A stretch of DNA of 64,000 nt from Eledone cirrhosa. Taxonomy: Eukaryota. The stretch covers positions 50,964,001 to 51,028,000 of the forward strand of contig OZ024746.1 in NCBI GenBank assembly GCA_964016885.1, written 5' to 3'. Position 1 is the stretch's first letter, and every line of letters starts with the position of its first letter. Positions 41,530 through 56,652 of the stretch are shown here, one piece after another. The notes under the pieces were generated by a model, which was not told the origin of the DNA, searched no databases, and worked only from the letters and a program-made list of their open reading frames with translations. A program made the translations under genes and the position numbers.

Positions 41530-42321
41530 CGGATCAACGAGATTGCCACTGTCCCTATCTACTGTCTAGCGAAACCACGGCCATGCGAACGGGCTTGGGT
41601 GGATCGACGAGATTGACACTGTCCCTATCTACGGTCTAGCGAAACTACAGCCAAGGGAACGGGCTTGGGTGGATCGACGAGATTGCCACTGTCCCTATCT
41701 AATGTCTAGAGAAACCACAGACAAGGGACCGAGCTTGGACGGATCAACGAGATTGCCACTGTCCCTATCTACTTTCTAGCGAAACCACAGCTAAGGGAAC
41801 GAGCTTGGACGGATCAAGGAGATAGGCCACTGTCCCTATCTTCTGTCTAGCGAAACTACAGCCAAGGAACGAGCTTGGACGGATCAACGAGATTGCCACG
41901 GTCCCTATTTACTGTCTAGCGAAACCACAGCGAAGGGAACGGGTTTGGGTGGATCGTCGAGATTGCCACTCTCCCTATCTACTGTCTAGCGAAACCACAG
42001 CGAAGGGAAAGGGCTTCGGTGGATCGACGAGATTGCCACTGTCTAGCGAAACCACGGCAAAGGGAACGGTCTTCGACGGATCGTCGAGATTGCCACTGTC
42101 CCTATCTACTGTCTAGCGAAACCACAACTAAGGGAACGAGCTTGGACGGATCAAGGAGATGGTCACTGTCCTTATCTTCTGTCTAGCGAAACCACAGACA
42201 AGGGAACGAGCTTGGACGGATCAACGAGATTGCCACTGTCCCTATCTACTTTCTAGCGAAACCACAGCCAAGGGAACGAGCTTGGGTGGATCAACGAGAT
42301 TGCCACTGTCCCTATCTACTG

Positions 42322-42356
<35 letters not shown>

Positions 42357-43434
42357 CGGATCAACGAGATTGCCACTGTCCCTATCAACTTTCTAGCGAA
42401 ACTACAGCCAAGTAACCAGCTTGGACGGATCAACGAGATTGCCATGTCCCTATCTACTGTTAGCGAAAGCACGGCTAAGCGAACGGGCTTGGGTGGGTCG
42501 ACGAGATTGTCACTGTCCTTATCTACGGTCTAGCGAAACTACAGCTAAGGGAACGAGTTTGGACGGATCAAGGAGATGGCCACTGTCCCTATCTTCTGTC
42601 TAGCGAAACTACAGCCAAGGAACGAGCTTGGACGGATCAACGAGATTGCCACTCTCTCTATCTACTGTCTAGCGAAACCACAGCGAAGGGAACGGGCTTC
42701 GGTGGATCGACGAGATTGCCACTCTCCCTATCTACGGTCTAGCGAAACTACAACCAAGGAACCAGCTTGGACGGATCAACGAGATTGCCACTGTCCCTAT
42801 CTACTGTCTAGCGAAACCACAGCCAAGTGAACTGGCTTGGGTGGATCGACGAGATTGCCACTCTCCCTATCTACGGTCTAGCGAAACCACAGCAGAGGGA
42901 ACGGGCTTGGGTGGATCGACGAGATTGCCACTCTCCCTATCTACGGTCTAGCGAAACTACAACCAAGGAACCAGCTTGGACGGATCAACGAGATTGCCAC
43001 TGTTCCTATCTACTGTCTAGCGAAACCACAGCCAAGTGAACTGGCTTGGGTGGATCGACGAGATTGCCACTCTCCCTATCTACGGTCTAGCGAAACCACA
43101 GCAGAGGGAACGGGCTTGGGTGGATCAACGAGATTGCCACTGTCCCTATCTACTGTCTATCGAAACCACAGCCAAGGAAACGGGCTTGGACGGATCAACG
43201 AGATTGCCACTGTCCCTATCTACTCTCTAGTGAAACCACAGCCAAGGAAACGGGCTTGGACGGATCAACGAGATTGCCACTGTCCCTAGCTACTGTCTAG
43301 CGAAACCACAGCCAAGGAAACGGGCTTGGACGGATCAACGAGATTGCCACTGTCCCTATCTACTGTCTAGCGAAACTACAGCCAAGGAATCAGCTTGGAC
43401 GGATCAACGAGATTGCCACTGTCCTTATCTATTG

Positions 43435-43469
<35 letters not shown>

Positions 43470-43643
43470 CGGATCAACGAGTTTGCCACTGTCCCTATCT
43501 ACTGTCTAGCGAAACTACAGCCAAGGAACCAGCTTGGACGGATCAACGAGATTGCCACTCTCCTTATCTACGGTCTAGCGAAACCACGGCCAAGGGAACG
43601 GGATTGGGTGGATTAACGAGATTGCCACTGCCCCTATCTACTT

Positions 43644-43677
<34 letters not shown>

Positions 43678-44272
43678 GTGGATCGACGAGATTGCCACTC
43701 TCCCTATCTACGGTCTAGCGAAACTACAGCCAAGGAACCATCTTGGACGCATCAACGAGATTGCCACTGTCCCTATCTACTGTCTAGCGAAATCACAGCC
43801 CAGTGAACTGGCTTGGGTGGATCGAAGAGATTGCCACTCTCCCTATCTACGGTCTAGCGAAATCACAGCCAAGGGAAGGGGCTTGGGTGGATCGACGAGA
43901 TCGCCACTCTCCTTATCTACGGGCTAGCGAAACCACAGCCAAGGGAACGAGCTTGGGTTGATCAACGAGATTGCCACTGTCCCTATCTTCCGACTAGCGA
44001 AACCACAGCCAAGCTAACGGGGTTGGACGGATCAACGAGATTGCCTCTGTCCCTCTCTACTCTCTTGCAAATCCACAGCCAAGGGAATGAGCTTGTACGG
44101 ATCAACGAGATTCCCACTGTCCATATCTACTGTCTAGCGAAACCACAGACAAGGGAACGGGCTAGGACGGATCAACGAGATTGCCACTGTCCCTATCTAC
44201 GGTCTAGCAAAGCCACAGCCATGGGGACGAGCTTGGACGGATCAACGAGATTGCCACTGTCCTTATCTATTG

Positions 44273-44307
<35 letters not shown>

Positions 44308-45316
44308 CGGATCAACGAGATTGCCACTGTCACAATCTACTGTCTAGCGAAACTAGAACCAAGGAACCAGCTTGGACGGATCAAGGAGATTGCCAGTCTT
44401 TATCTTCCGTCTAGCGATCCACAGCCAAGCTAACGGGCTTGGACGGATCAACGAGATTGCCACTGTCCCTATCTACTCTCTAACGAAACCACAGCCAAGG
44501 AAACGGGCTTGGACGGATCAACGAGATTGCCACTGTCGCTATCTACTGTCTAGCGAAACCACAGCCAAGGAAACGGGCTTGGACGGATCAACGAGATTGC
44601 CACTGTCCCTATCTACTGTCTAGCGAAGTTACAGCCATGGAACCAGCTTGGACGGATCAACGAGATTGCCACTGTCCTTATCTACTGTCTAGCGAAACCA
44701 CAGCCAAGGGAACGGTCTTGGGTGGATTAACGAGATTGCCACTGTCCCTATCTACTGTCTAGCAAAACCACAGAGAAGGGAACTGGCTGGACGGATCAAC
44801 GAGATTGCCACTTTCCCTATCTACTGTCTAGCGAAACCACAGCCAAGGCAACTGGCTTGGACGGATCAACGAGATTGCCACTGTCCCTATGTACTTTCTA
44901 AAGTAACGACAGCCAACGGAACGGGCTTGGACGGATCAACGTGATTGCCTCTGTCCCTATCTACTGTCTAGCGAAACCACAGCTAAGGGAATGAGCTTGG
45001 ACGGATCAATGAGATTGCCATTGTCCTTATGTACTTTCTAGAGAAATCACAGCGAAGGGAACGAGCATGTGTGGATCAACGAGATTGCCACTCTCCCTAT
45101 CTACTGTCTAGCGAAACCACAGCCAAGGCGACTGGCTTGGACGGATGAACGAGATTGCCACTGTCCCTATGTACTGTCTAACGTAACGACAGCCAACGGA
45201 ACGGGCTTGGGTGGTTCAACAAGATTACCACTGTCCCTATCTTCTGTCTAGCGAAACCACAGACAAGAGAACGAGCTTGGACGGATCAACGAGATTGCCA
45301 TTGTCCCTATCTACTG

Positions 45317-45351
<35 letters not shown>

Positions 45352-45747
45352 CGGATCAACGAGATTGCCACTGTCCCTATCTACTGTCTATCGAAACCAC
45401 AGCCAAGGGAATAGGCTTGGGCGGATCAACGAAATTACCACTGTCCCTATCTACTGTCTAGCGAAATCACAGCCAAGGGAACGGGCTTGGACGGATCAAC
45501 GAGTTTGCCACTGTCCCTATCTACTGTCCCTATCTTCTGTCTAGCGAAACCACAGCCAAGCTAACGCGCTTGGACGGATCAACGAGATTGCCACTGTCCC
45601 TATCTACTGTCTAGCGAAACCACAGCCAAGGAAAGGGGCTTGGACGGATCAACGAGATTGCCACCTTCCCTATCTACTGTCTAGCGAAACTCCAGCCAAG
45701 GAACCAGCTTGGACGGATCAACGAGATTGTCACTGTCCCATCTATTG

Positions 45748-45782
<35 letters not shown>

Positions 45783-45889
45783 CGGATCAACGAGATTGCC
45801 ACTGTCCCTATCTACTCTCTAGCGAAACTCCAGCCAAGGAACCAGCTTGGACGGATCAACGAGATTGCCACTGTCCCTATCTATTGTCA

Positions 45890-45920
<31 letters not shown>

Positions 45921-47004
45921 GTGGATCGACGAGATTGCCACTCTCCCTATCTACTCTCTAGCGAAACTACAGCCAAGGAACCAGCTTGGACGGATCAACG
46001 AGAGCGCCACTGTCCCTATCTACTGTCTAGCGAAACCACTGCCAAGGGAACGGGCTTGGGTGGATCAACGAGTTTGCCACTATCCCTATCTATTGTCTAA
46101 CGAAACCACAGCCAAGGAAACGGGCTTGGACGGATCAACGAGATTGCCACTGTCCTTATCTACTCTCTAGCGAAACCACAGCCAAGGAAACGGGCTTGGA
46201 CGGATCAACGAGATTGCCACTGTCCCTATCTACTCTCTAGCGAAACCACAGCCAAGGAAACGGGCTTGGACGGATCAACGAGATTGCCACTGTCCTTATC
46301 TACTGTCTAGCGAAACCACAGCCAAGGGAACGGTCTTGGGTGGATTAACGAGATTGCCACTGTCCCTATCTACTGTCTAGCAAAACCACAGAGAAGGGAA
46401 CTGGCTGGACGGATCAACGAGATTGCCACTGTCCCTATGTACTTTCTAACGTAACGACAGCCAACGGAACGGGCTTGGACGGATCAACGAGATTGCCACT
46501 GTCCCTATCTACTGTCTAGCGAAACCACAGCAAAGGGAACGGTCTTGGACGGATCAACGTGATTGCCTCTGTCCCTATCTACTGTCTAGCGAAACCACAG
46601 CTAAGGGAATGAGCTTGGACGGATCAACGAGATTGCCATTGTCCTTATGTACTTTCTAGAGAAATCACAGCGAAGGGAACGAGCATGTGTGGATCAACGA
46701 GATTGCCACTCTCCCTATCTACTGTCTAGCGAAACCACAGCCAAGGCAACTGGCTTGGACGGATCAACGAGATTGCCACTGTCCCTATGTACTGTCTAAC
46801 GTATCGACAGCCAACGGAACGGGCTTGGGTGGTTCAACAAGATTACCACTGTCCCTATCTTCCGTCTAGCGAAACCACAGACAAGAGAACGAGCTTGGAC
46901 GGATTAACGAGATTGCCATTGTCCCTATCTACTGTCTAGCGAAACTACAGCCAAGGGAACGAGCTTGGACGGATCAACGAGATTGCCATTGTCCCTATCT
47001 ACCG

Positions 47005-47039
<35 letters not shown>

Positions 47040-47504
47040 CGGATCAACGAGATTGCCACTGTCCCTATCTACTGTCTAGCGAAATCACAGCCAAGGGAAC
47101 GGGCTTGGACGGATCAACGAGTTTGCCACTGTCCTTATCTACTGTCCCTATCTTCTGTCTAGCGAAACCACAGCCAAGCTAACGCGCTTGGACGGATCAA
47201 CGAGATTGCCACTGTCCATATCTACTGTCTAGCGAAACCACAGCCAAGTAGACGGGCTTGGACGGATCAACGAGATTGCCACCTCCCCTATCTACTGTCT
47301 AGCGAAACTCCAGCCAAGGAACCAGCTTGGACGGATCAACGAGATTGTCACTGTCCCATCTATTGTCTAGCGAAATCACAGCCAAGGGAACGGGCTTGGA
47401 CGGATCAACGAGATTGCCACTGTCCCTATCTACTCTCTAGCGAAACTCCAGCCAAGGAACCAGCTTGGACGGATCAACAAGAGCGCAACTGTCCCTATCT
47501 ACTG

Positions 47505-47537
<33 letters not shown>

Positions 47538-47783
47538 TGTGGATCAACGAGTTTGCCACTATCCCTATCTATTGTCTAGCGAAACCACAGCCAACGAAAC
47601 GGGCTTGGACGGATCAACGAGATTGCCACTGTCCCTATCTACTGTCTAGCGAAACCACAGCCAAGGAAACGGGCTTGGACGGATCAACGAGATTGCCACT
47701 GTCCCTATCTACTGTCTAGCGAAACTACAGTCAAGGAATCAGCTTGGACGGATCAACGAGATTGCCACTGTCCTTATCTATTG

Positions 47784-47818
<35 letters not shown>

Positions 47819-47991
47819 CGGATCAACGAGATTGCCACTGTCCCTATCTACTGTCTAGCGAAACTACAGCCAAGGAACCAGCTTGGACGGATCAACGAGA
47901 TTGCCACTCTCCCTATCTACGGTCTAGCGAAACCACAGCCAAGGGAACGGGATTGGGTAGATTAACGAGATTACACTGCCCCTATCTACTG

Positions 47992-48025
<34 letters not shown>

Positions 48026-48342
48026 GTGGATCGACGAGATTGCCACTCTCCCTATCTACGGTCTAGCGAAACTACAGCCAAGGAACCAGCTTGGACGGAT
48101 CAACGAGATTGCCGTTGTCCCTATCTACTGTCTAGCGAAACCACAGCCAAGGAAACGGGCTTGGACGGATCAACGAGATTGCCACTGTCCCTATCTACTC
48201 TCTAGCGAAATCACAGCCAAGGGAACGGGCTTGGACGGATCAACGAGATTGCCACTGTCCCTATCTACTCTCTAGTGAAACTCCAGCCAAGGAACCAGCT
48301 TGGACGGATCAACGAGATTGCCACTGTCCCTATCTATTGTCA

Positions 48343-48373
<31 letters not shown>

Positions 48374-48478
48374 GTGGATCGACGAGATTGCCACTCTCCC
48401 TATCTACTCTCTAGCGAAACAACAGCCAAGGAACCAGCTTGGACGGATCAACGAGAGCGCAACTGTCGCTATCTACTC

Positions 48479-48512
<34 letters not shown>

Positions 48513-51500
48513 GTGGATCAACGAGTTTGCCACTATCCCTATCTATTGTCTAGCGAAACCACAGCCAAGGAAACGGGCTTGGACGGATCAACGAGATTGC
48601 CACTGTCCCTATCTACTATCTAGCTAAACCACAGCCAAAGAAACGGGCTTGGACGGATCAACGAGATTGCCACTGTCCCTATCTACTATCTAGCGATCTA
48701 CAGCCAAAGAACGAGCTTGGACGGATCGACGAGATTGCCACTGTTCCTATCGACTGTCTAGCGAAACCACAGCCAAGGGAATAGGCTTGGGCGGATCAAC
48801 GAGATTCCCACTGTCCCTATCTACTGTCTAGCGAAACCACAGCAAAGGGAACGGGCTTGGACGGATCAACGAGATTGCCACTGTCCCTATCTACTGTCTA
48901 GCGAAACTACAGCCAAGGAACCAGCTTGGACGAATCAACGAGATTGCCACTGTCCCTATCTACTGTCTAGCGAAACTACAGCCAAGGAACGAGCTTGGGC
49001 GGATCAACGAGATTGCCACTGTCCCTATCTACTGTCTAGCGAAACCACAGCTAAGGGAATGAGCTTGGGTGGATCAACAAGATTGCCATTGTCCCTATCT
49101 ACTGTCTAGCGAAACCACAGCCAAGGTAACGAGCTTGGACGGATCAAGGAGATGGCCACTGTCCCTATCTTCTGTCTAGCTAAACCACAGACAAGGAAAC
49201 GAGCTTGGACGGATCAACGAGATTGCCATTGTCCCTATCTACTGTCTAGCGAAACCACAGCTAAGGGAATGAGCTTGGGTGAATCAACGAGATTACCTCT
49301 GTCCCTATCTACTGTCTAGCGAAACTACAGCCAAGGGAACGGGCTTGGACGGATCAAGGAGTTTGTCACTGTCCCTATCTACAGTCTAGCGAAACCACAG
49401 CCAAGGGAACGGACTTAGGTGGATCAACGAGATTCCCACTGTCCCTATCTACTGTCTAGCGAAACCACAGCAAAGGGAACGGGCTTGGACGGATCAACGA
49501 GATTGCCACTGTCCCTATCTACTGTCTAGCGAAACCACAGCTAAGGGAACGGTCTTGGACGGATCAACGTGATTACCACTGTCCCTATCTACTGTCCTTG
49601 GAAACCGCAGACAAGAGAACGAACTTGGACGGATCAACGTGATTGCCACTGTCCCTATCTACTATCTAGGGAAACCACAGCCAAGGGAACGAACTTGGAC
49701 GGATCAACGAGTTGCCACTGTCCCTATCTACTGTCTAGCGAAACTCCAGCCAAGGAACCAGCTTGGACGGATCAATGAGATTGCCACTGTTCCTATCTTC
49801 TGTCTAGTGAAAGCACAGCCAAGCTAACGGGCTTGGACGGATCAACGAGGTTGCCACTGTCCCTATCTACTGTCTAGCGAAACCACAGCCAAGGAAACGG
49901 GCTTGGACGGATCAACGAGATTGCCACTATCCCTATCTACTGTCTAGCGAAACTACAGTCAAGGAACCAGCTTGGACGGATCAACGAGATTGCCACTGTC
50001 CCTATCTATTGTCTAGCGAAACCACAACCAAGGGAACGGTCTTGGACGGATCAACGAGATTGCCACTGTCCCTATCTACTGTCTAGCGAAACTAAAGCCA
50101 AGGAACCAGCTTGGACGAGTCAACGAGATTGCCACTGTCCCTATCTACTGTCTAGCGAAACTACAGCCAAGAAACGAGCTTGGACGGATGAACGAGATTG
50201 CCACTGTCCCTATCTACTGTCTAGCGAAACCACAGCCAAGGGAACGGGTTTGGGTGGATCGACGAGATTGCCACTCTCACTATCTACTGTCTAGCGAAAC
50301 CACAGCGAAGGGAACGGGCTTGGGTGGATCAACGAGATTGCCACTGTCCCTATCTACTGTCTAGCGAAACCACAGCCAAGGGAACGAGCTTGGACGGATC
50401 AAGGAGATGGCCACTGTCCCTATCTCTGTCTAGCGAAACCACAGACAAGGGAACGAGCTTGGACGGATCAACGAGATTGCCACTGTCCCTATCTACTGTC
50501 TAGCGAAACCACAGCTAAGGGAATGAGCTTGGGTGAATCAACGAGATTGCCATTGTCCCTATCTACTGTCTAGCGAAACCACAGCCAAGGGAACGAGCTT
50601 GAACGGATCAAGGAGATGGCCACTGTCGCTATCTCTGTCTAGCGAAACCACAGACAAGGGAACGAGCTTGGACGGATCAACGAGATTGCCACTGTCCCTA
50701 TTTACTGTCTAGCGAAACCACAGCCAAGGGAACGGACTTAGGTGGATCAACGAGATTCCCACTGTCCCTATCTACTATCTAGCGATCTACAGCCAAAGAA
50801 CGAGCTTGGACGGATCAACGAGATTGCCACTGTTCCCATCGACTGTCTAGCGAAACCACAGCAAAGGGAATAGGCTTGGGCGGATCAACGAGATTCCCAC
50901 TGTCCCTATCTACTGTCTAGCGAAATCATAGCCAAGGGAACGAGCATGGACGGATCAAAGAGTTTGCCACTGTCCCTATCTACTGTCTAGCGAAACCACA
51001 GCCAAGGGAACGGACTTAGGTGGATCCACGAGATTACCACTGTCCCTATCTACTGTCTAGCGAAATTAGAGCCAAGGAACGAGCATGGACGGATCAACGA
51101 GATTGCCACTGTCCCTATCTACTGTCTAGCGAAACCACAGCCAGGGCAACTGGCTTGGACGGATCAATGAGATTGCCACTGTCCGTATCTACTGTCTAGC
51201 GAAACCACAGCAAAGGGAACGGGCTTGGACGGATCAACGAGATTGCCACTGTCCCTATCTACTGTCTAGCGAAACCACAGCCAAGGGAACGGGTTTGGGT
51301 GGATCGACGAGATTGCCACTCTCACTATCTACTGTCTAGCGAAACCACAGCGAAGGGAACGGGCTTGGGTGGATCAACGAGATTGCCATTGTCCCTATCT
51401 ACTGTATAGCGAAACCACAGCCAAGGGAACGAGCTTGGACGGATCAAGGAGATGGCCACTGTCCCTATCTCTGTCTAGCGAAACCACAGACAAGGGACCG

Positions 51501-51880
51501 AGCTTGGACGGATAAACGAGATTGCCACTGTCCCTATCTACTGTCTAGCGAAATCACAGCCAACGGAACGGGCTTGGACGGATCAACGAGATTGCCACTG
51601 TCTAGCGAAACCACAGCAAAAGGAACGGTCTTGGACGGATCGTCGAGATTGCCAATGTCCCTATCTACTGTCTAGCGAAACCACAGCTAAGGGAACGAGC
51701 TTGGACGGATCAAGGAGATGGCCACTGTCCCTATCTACTGTCTAGCGAAACCACAGGCAAGGGAACGAGCTTGGACGGATCAACGAGATTGCCACTGTCC
51801 CTATTTACTTTCTAGCGAAACCACAGCCAAGGGAACGAGTTTGGGTAGATCAACGAGATTGCCACTGTCCCTATCTACTG

Positions 51881-51915
<35 letters not shown>

Positions 51916-52707
51916 CGGATCAACGAGATTGCCACTGTCCCTATCTACTGTCTAGCGAAACCACGGCCATGCGAACGGGCTTGGGTGGATCGACGAGATT
52001 GACACTGTCCCTATCTACGGTCTAGCGAAACTACAGCCAAGGGAACGGGCTTGGGTGGATCGACGAGATTGCCACTGTCCCTATCTAATGTCTAGAGAAA
52101 CCACAGACAAGGGACCGAGCTTGGACGGATCAACGAGATTGCCACTGTCCCTATCTACTTTCTAGCGAAACCACAGCTAAGGGAACGAGCTTGGACGGAT
52201 CAAGGAGATAGGCCACTGTCCCTATCTTCTGTCTAGCGAAACTACAGCCAAGGAACGAGCTTGGACGGATCAACGAGATTGCCACGGTCCCTATTTACTG
52301 TCTAGCGAAACCACAGCGAAGGGAACGGGTTTGGGTGGATCGTCGAGATTGCCACTCTCCCTATCTACTGTCTAGCGAAACCACAGCGAAGGGAAAGGGC
52401 TTCGGTGGATCGACGAGATTGCCACTGTCTAGCGAAACCACGGCAAAGGGAACGGTCTTCGACGTATCGTCGAGATTGCCACTGTCCCTATCTACTGTCT
52501 AGCGAAACCACAACTAAGGGAACGAGCTTGGACGGATCAAGGAGATGGTCACTGTCCTTATCTTCTGTCTAGCGAAACCACAGACAAGGGAACGAGCTTG
52601 GACGGATCAACGAGATTGCCACTGTCCCTATCTACTTTCTAGCGAAACCACAGCCAAGGGAACGAGCTTGGGTGGATCAACGAGATTGCCACTGTCCCTA
52701 TCTACTG

Positions 52708-52742
<35 letters not shown>

Positions 52743-53820
52743 CGGATCAACGAGATTGCCACTGTCCCTATCAACTTTCTAGCGAAACTACAGCCAAGTA
52801 ACCAGCTTGGACGGATCAACGAGATTGCCATGTCCCTATCTACTGTTAGCGAAAGCACGGCTAAGCGAACGGGCTTGGGTGGGTCGACGAGATTGTCACT
52901 GTCCTTATCTACGGTCTAGCGAAACTACAGCTAAGGGAACGAGCTTGGACGGATCAAGGAGATGGCCACTGTCCCTATCTTCTGTCTAGCGAAACTACAG
53001 CCAAGGAACGAGCTTGGACGGATCAACGAGATTGCCACTCTCTCTATCTACTGTCTAGCGAAACCACAGCGAAGGGAACGGGCTTCGGTGGATCGACGAG
53101 ATTGCCACTCTCCCTATCTACGGTCTAGCGAAACTACAACCAAGGAACCAGCTTGGACGGATCAACGAGATTGCCACTGTCCCTATCTACTGTCTAGCGA
53201 AACCACAGCCAAGTGAACTGGCTTGGGTGGATCGACGAGATTGCCACTCTCCCTATCTACGGTCTAGCGAAACCACAGCAGAGGGAACGGGCTTGGGTGG
53301 ATCGACGAGATTGCCACTCTCCCTATCTACGGTCTAGCGAAACTACAACCAAGGAACCAGCTTGGACGGATCAACGAGATTGCCACTGTTCCTATCTACT
53401 GTCTAGCGAAACCACAGCCAAGTGAACTGGCTTGGGTGGATCGACGAGATTGCCACTCTCCCTATCTACGGTCTAGCGAAACCACAGCAGAGGGAACGGG
53501 CTTGGGTGGATCAACGAGATTGCCACTGTCCCTATCTACTGTCTATCGAAACCACAGCCAAGGAAACGGGCTTGGACGGATCAACGAGATTGCCACTGTC
53601 CCTATCTACTCTCTAGCGAAACCACAGCCAAGGAAACGGGCTTGGACGGATCAACGAGATTGCCACTGTCCCTAGCTACTGTCTAGCGAAACCACAGCCA
53701 AGGAAACGGGCTTGGACGGATCAACGAGATTGCCACTGTCCCTATCTACTGTCTAGCGAAACTACAGCCAAGGAATCAGCTTGGACGGATCAACGAGATT
53801 GCCACTGTCCTTATCTATTG

Positions 53821-53855
<35 letters not shown>

Positions 53856-54029
53856 CGGATCAACGAGTTTGCCACTGTCCCTATCTACTGTCTAGCCAAA
53901 CTACAGCCAAGGAACCAGCTTGGACGGATCAACGAGATTGCCACTCTCCTTATCTACGGTCTAGCGAAACCACGGCCAAGGGAACGGGATTGGGTGGATT
54001 AACGAGATTGCCACTGCCCCTATCTACTT

Positions 54030-54063
<34 letters not shown>

Positions 54064-54797
54064 GTGGATCGACGAGATTGCCACTCTCCCAATCTACGGT
54101 CTAGCGAAACTACAGCCAAGGAACCAGCTTGGACGGATCAACGCGAGTGCCACTGTCCCTATCTACTCTCTAGCGAAACCACAACCAAGGGAACGGGCTT
54201 GGGTGGATCGACGAGATTGCCACTCTCCCTATCTACGGTCTAGCGAAACTACAACCAAGGAACCATCTTGGACGCATCAACGAGATTGCCACTGTCCCAA
54301 TCTACTGTCTAGCGAAATCACAGCCCAGTGAACTGGCTTGGGTGGATCGAAGAGATTGCCACTCTCCCTATCTACGGTCTAGCGAAATCACAGCCAAGGG
54401 AAGGGGCTTGGGTGGATCGACGAGATCGCCACTCTCCTTATCTACGGGCTAGCGAAACCACAGCCAAGGGAACGAGCTTGAGTTGATCAACGAGATTGCC
54501 ACTGTCCCTATCTTCCGACTAGCGAAACCACAGCCAAGCTAACGGGGTTGGACGGATCAACGAGATTGCCTCTGTCCCTCTCTACTCTCTTGCAAATCCA
54601 CAGCCAAGGGAATGAGCTTGTACGGATCAACGAGATTCCCACTATCCATATCTACTGTCTAGCGAAACCACAGACAAGGGAACGGGCTAGGACGGATCAA
54701 CGAGATTGCCACTGTCCCTATCTACGGTCTAGCAAAGCCACAGCCATGGGGACGAGCTTGGACGGATCAACGAGATTGCCACTGTCCTTATCTACTG

Positions 54798-54832
<35 letters not shown>

Positions 54833-55335
54833 CGGATGAACGAGATTGCCACTGTCACAATCTACTGTCTAGCGAAACTAGAACCAAGGAACCAGCTTGG
54901 ACGGATCAAGGAGATTGCCAGTCTTTATCTTCCGTCTAGCGATCCACAGCCAAGCTAACGGGCTTGGACGGATCAACGAGATTGCCACTGTCCCTATCTA
55001 CTCTCTAACGAAACCACAGCCAAGGAAACGGGCTTGGACGGATCAACGAGATTGCCACTGTCGCTATCTACTGTCTAGCGAAACCACAGCCAAGGAAACG
55101 GGCTTGGACGGATCAACGAGATTGCCACTGTCCCTATCTACTATCTAGCGAAGTTACAGCCATGGAACCAGCTTGGACGGATCAACGAGATTGCCACTGT
55201 CCTTATCTACTGTCTAGCGAAACCACAGCCAAGGGAACGGTCTTGGGTGGATTAACGAGATTGCCACTGTCCCTATCTACTGTCTAGCAAAACCACAGAG
55301 AAGGGAACTGGCTGGACGGATCAACGAGATTGCCA
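37800..55335 (+). repeat. ~7-kb block (37.8-44.8 kb) duplicated at 48.7-55.3 kb
   Basis: Matched variant monomers and ORFs at offsets 10,863 (38706/49569), 10,386 (42421/52807) and 10,525 (44023/54548). Confidence 0.88.
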
Positions 55336-55561
55336 CTGTCCCTATGTACTGTCTAACGTATCGACAGCCAACGGAACGGGCTTGGGTGGTTCAACAAGAT
55401 TACCACTGTCCCTATCTTCCGTCTAGCGAAACCACAGACAAGAGAACGAGCTTGGACGGATTAACGAGATTGCCATTGTCCCTATCTACTGTCTAGCGAA
55501 ACTACAGCCAAGGGAACGAGCTTGGACGGATCAACGAGATTGCCATTGTCCCTATCTACCG

Positions 55562-55596
<35 letters not shown>

Positions 55597-56185
55597 CGGA
55601 TCAACGAGATTGCCACTGTCCCTATCTACTGTCTAGCGAAATCACAGCCAAGGGAACGGGCTTGGACGGATCAACGAGTTTGCCACTGTCCCTATCTACT
55701 GTCCCTATCTTCTGTCTAGCGAAACCACAGCCAAGCTAACGCGCTTGGACGGATCAACGAGATTGCCACTGTCCATATCTACTGTCTAGCGAAACCACAG
55801 CCAAGTAGACGGGCTTGGACGGATCAACGAGATTGCCACCTTCCCTATCTACTGTCTAGCGAAACTCCAGCCAAGGAACCAGCTTGGACGGATCAACGAG
55901 ATTGTCACTGTTCCATCTATTGTCTAGCGAAATCACAGCCAAGGGAACGGGCTTGGACGGATCAACGAGATTGCCACTGTCCCTATCTACTCTCTAGCGA
56001 AACTCCAGCCAAGGAACCAGCTTGGACGGATCAACAAGAGCGCAACTGTCCCTATCTCCTGTCTAGCGAAACCACAGCCAAGGGAACGGGTTTGTGTGGA
56101 TCAACGAGTTTGCCACTATCCCTATCTATTGTCTAGCGAAACCACAGCCAACGAAACGGGCTTGGACGGATCAACGAGATTGCCA

Positions 56186-56221
<36 letters not shown>

Positions 56222-56410
56222 AGAAACGGGCTTGGACGGATCAACGAGATTGCCACTGTCCCTATCTACTGTCTAGCGAAACCACAGCCAAGGAAACGGG
56301 CTTGGACGGATCAACGAGATTGCCACTGTCCCTATCTACTGTCTAGCGAAACTACAGTCAAGGAAACAGCTTGGACGGATCAACGAGATTGCCACTGTCC
56401 TTATCTATTG

Positions 56411-56445
<35 letters not shown>

Positions 56446-56618
56446 CGGATCAACGAGATTGCCACTGTCCCTATCTACTGTCTAGCGAAACTACAGCCAA
56501 GGAACCAGCTTGGACGGATCAACGAGATTGCCACTCTCCCTATCTACGGTCTAGCGAAACCACAGCCAAGGGAACGGGATTGGGTAGATTAACGAGATTG
56601 CACTGCCCCTATCTACTG

Positions 56619-56652
<34 letters not shown>

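Noticed and set aside
45511-45540. R1 target-site-duplication footprint
   Set aside because: The duplication is 13 bp rather than 14, and is explained by internal microhomology with a reciprocal deletion class.
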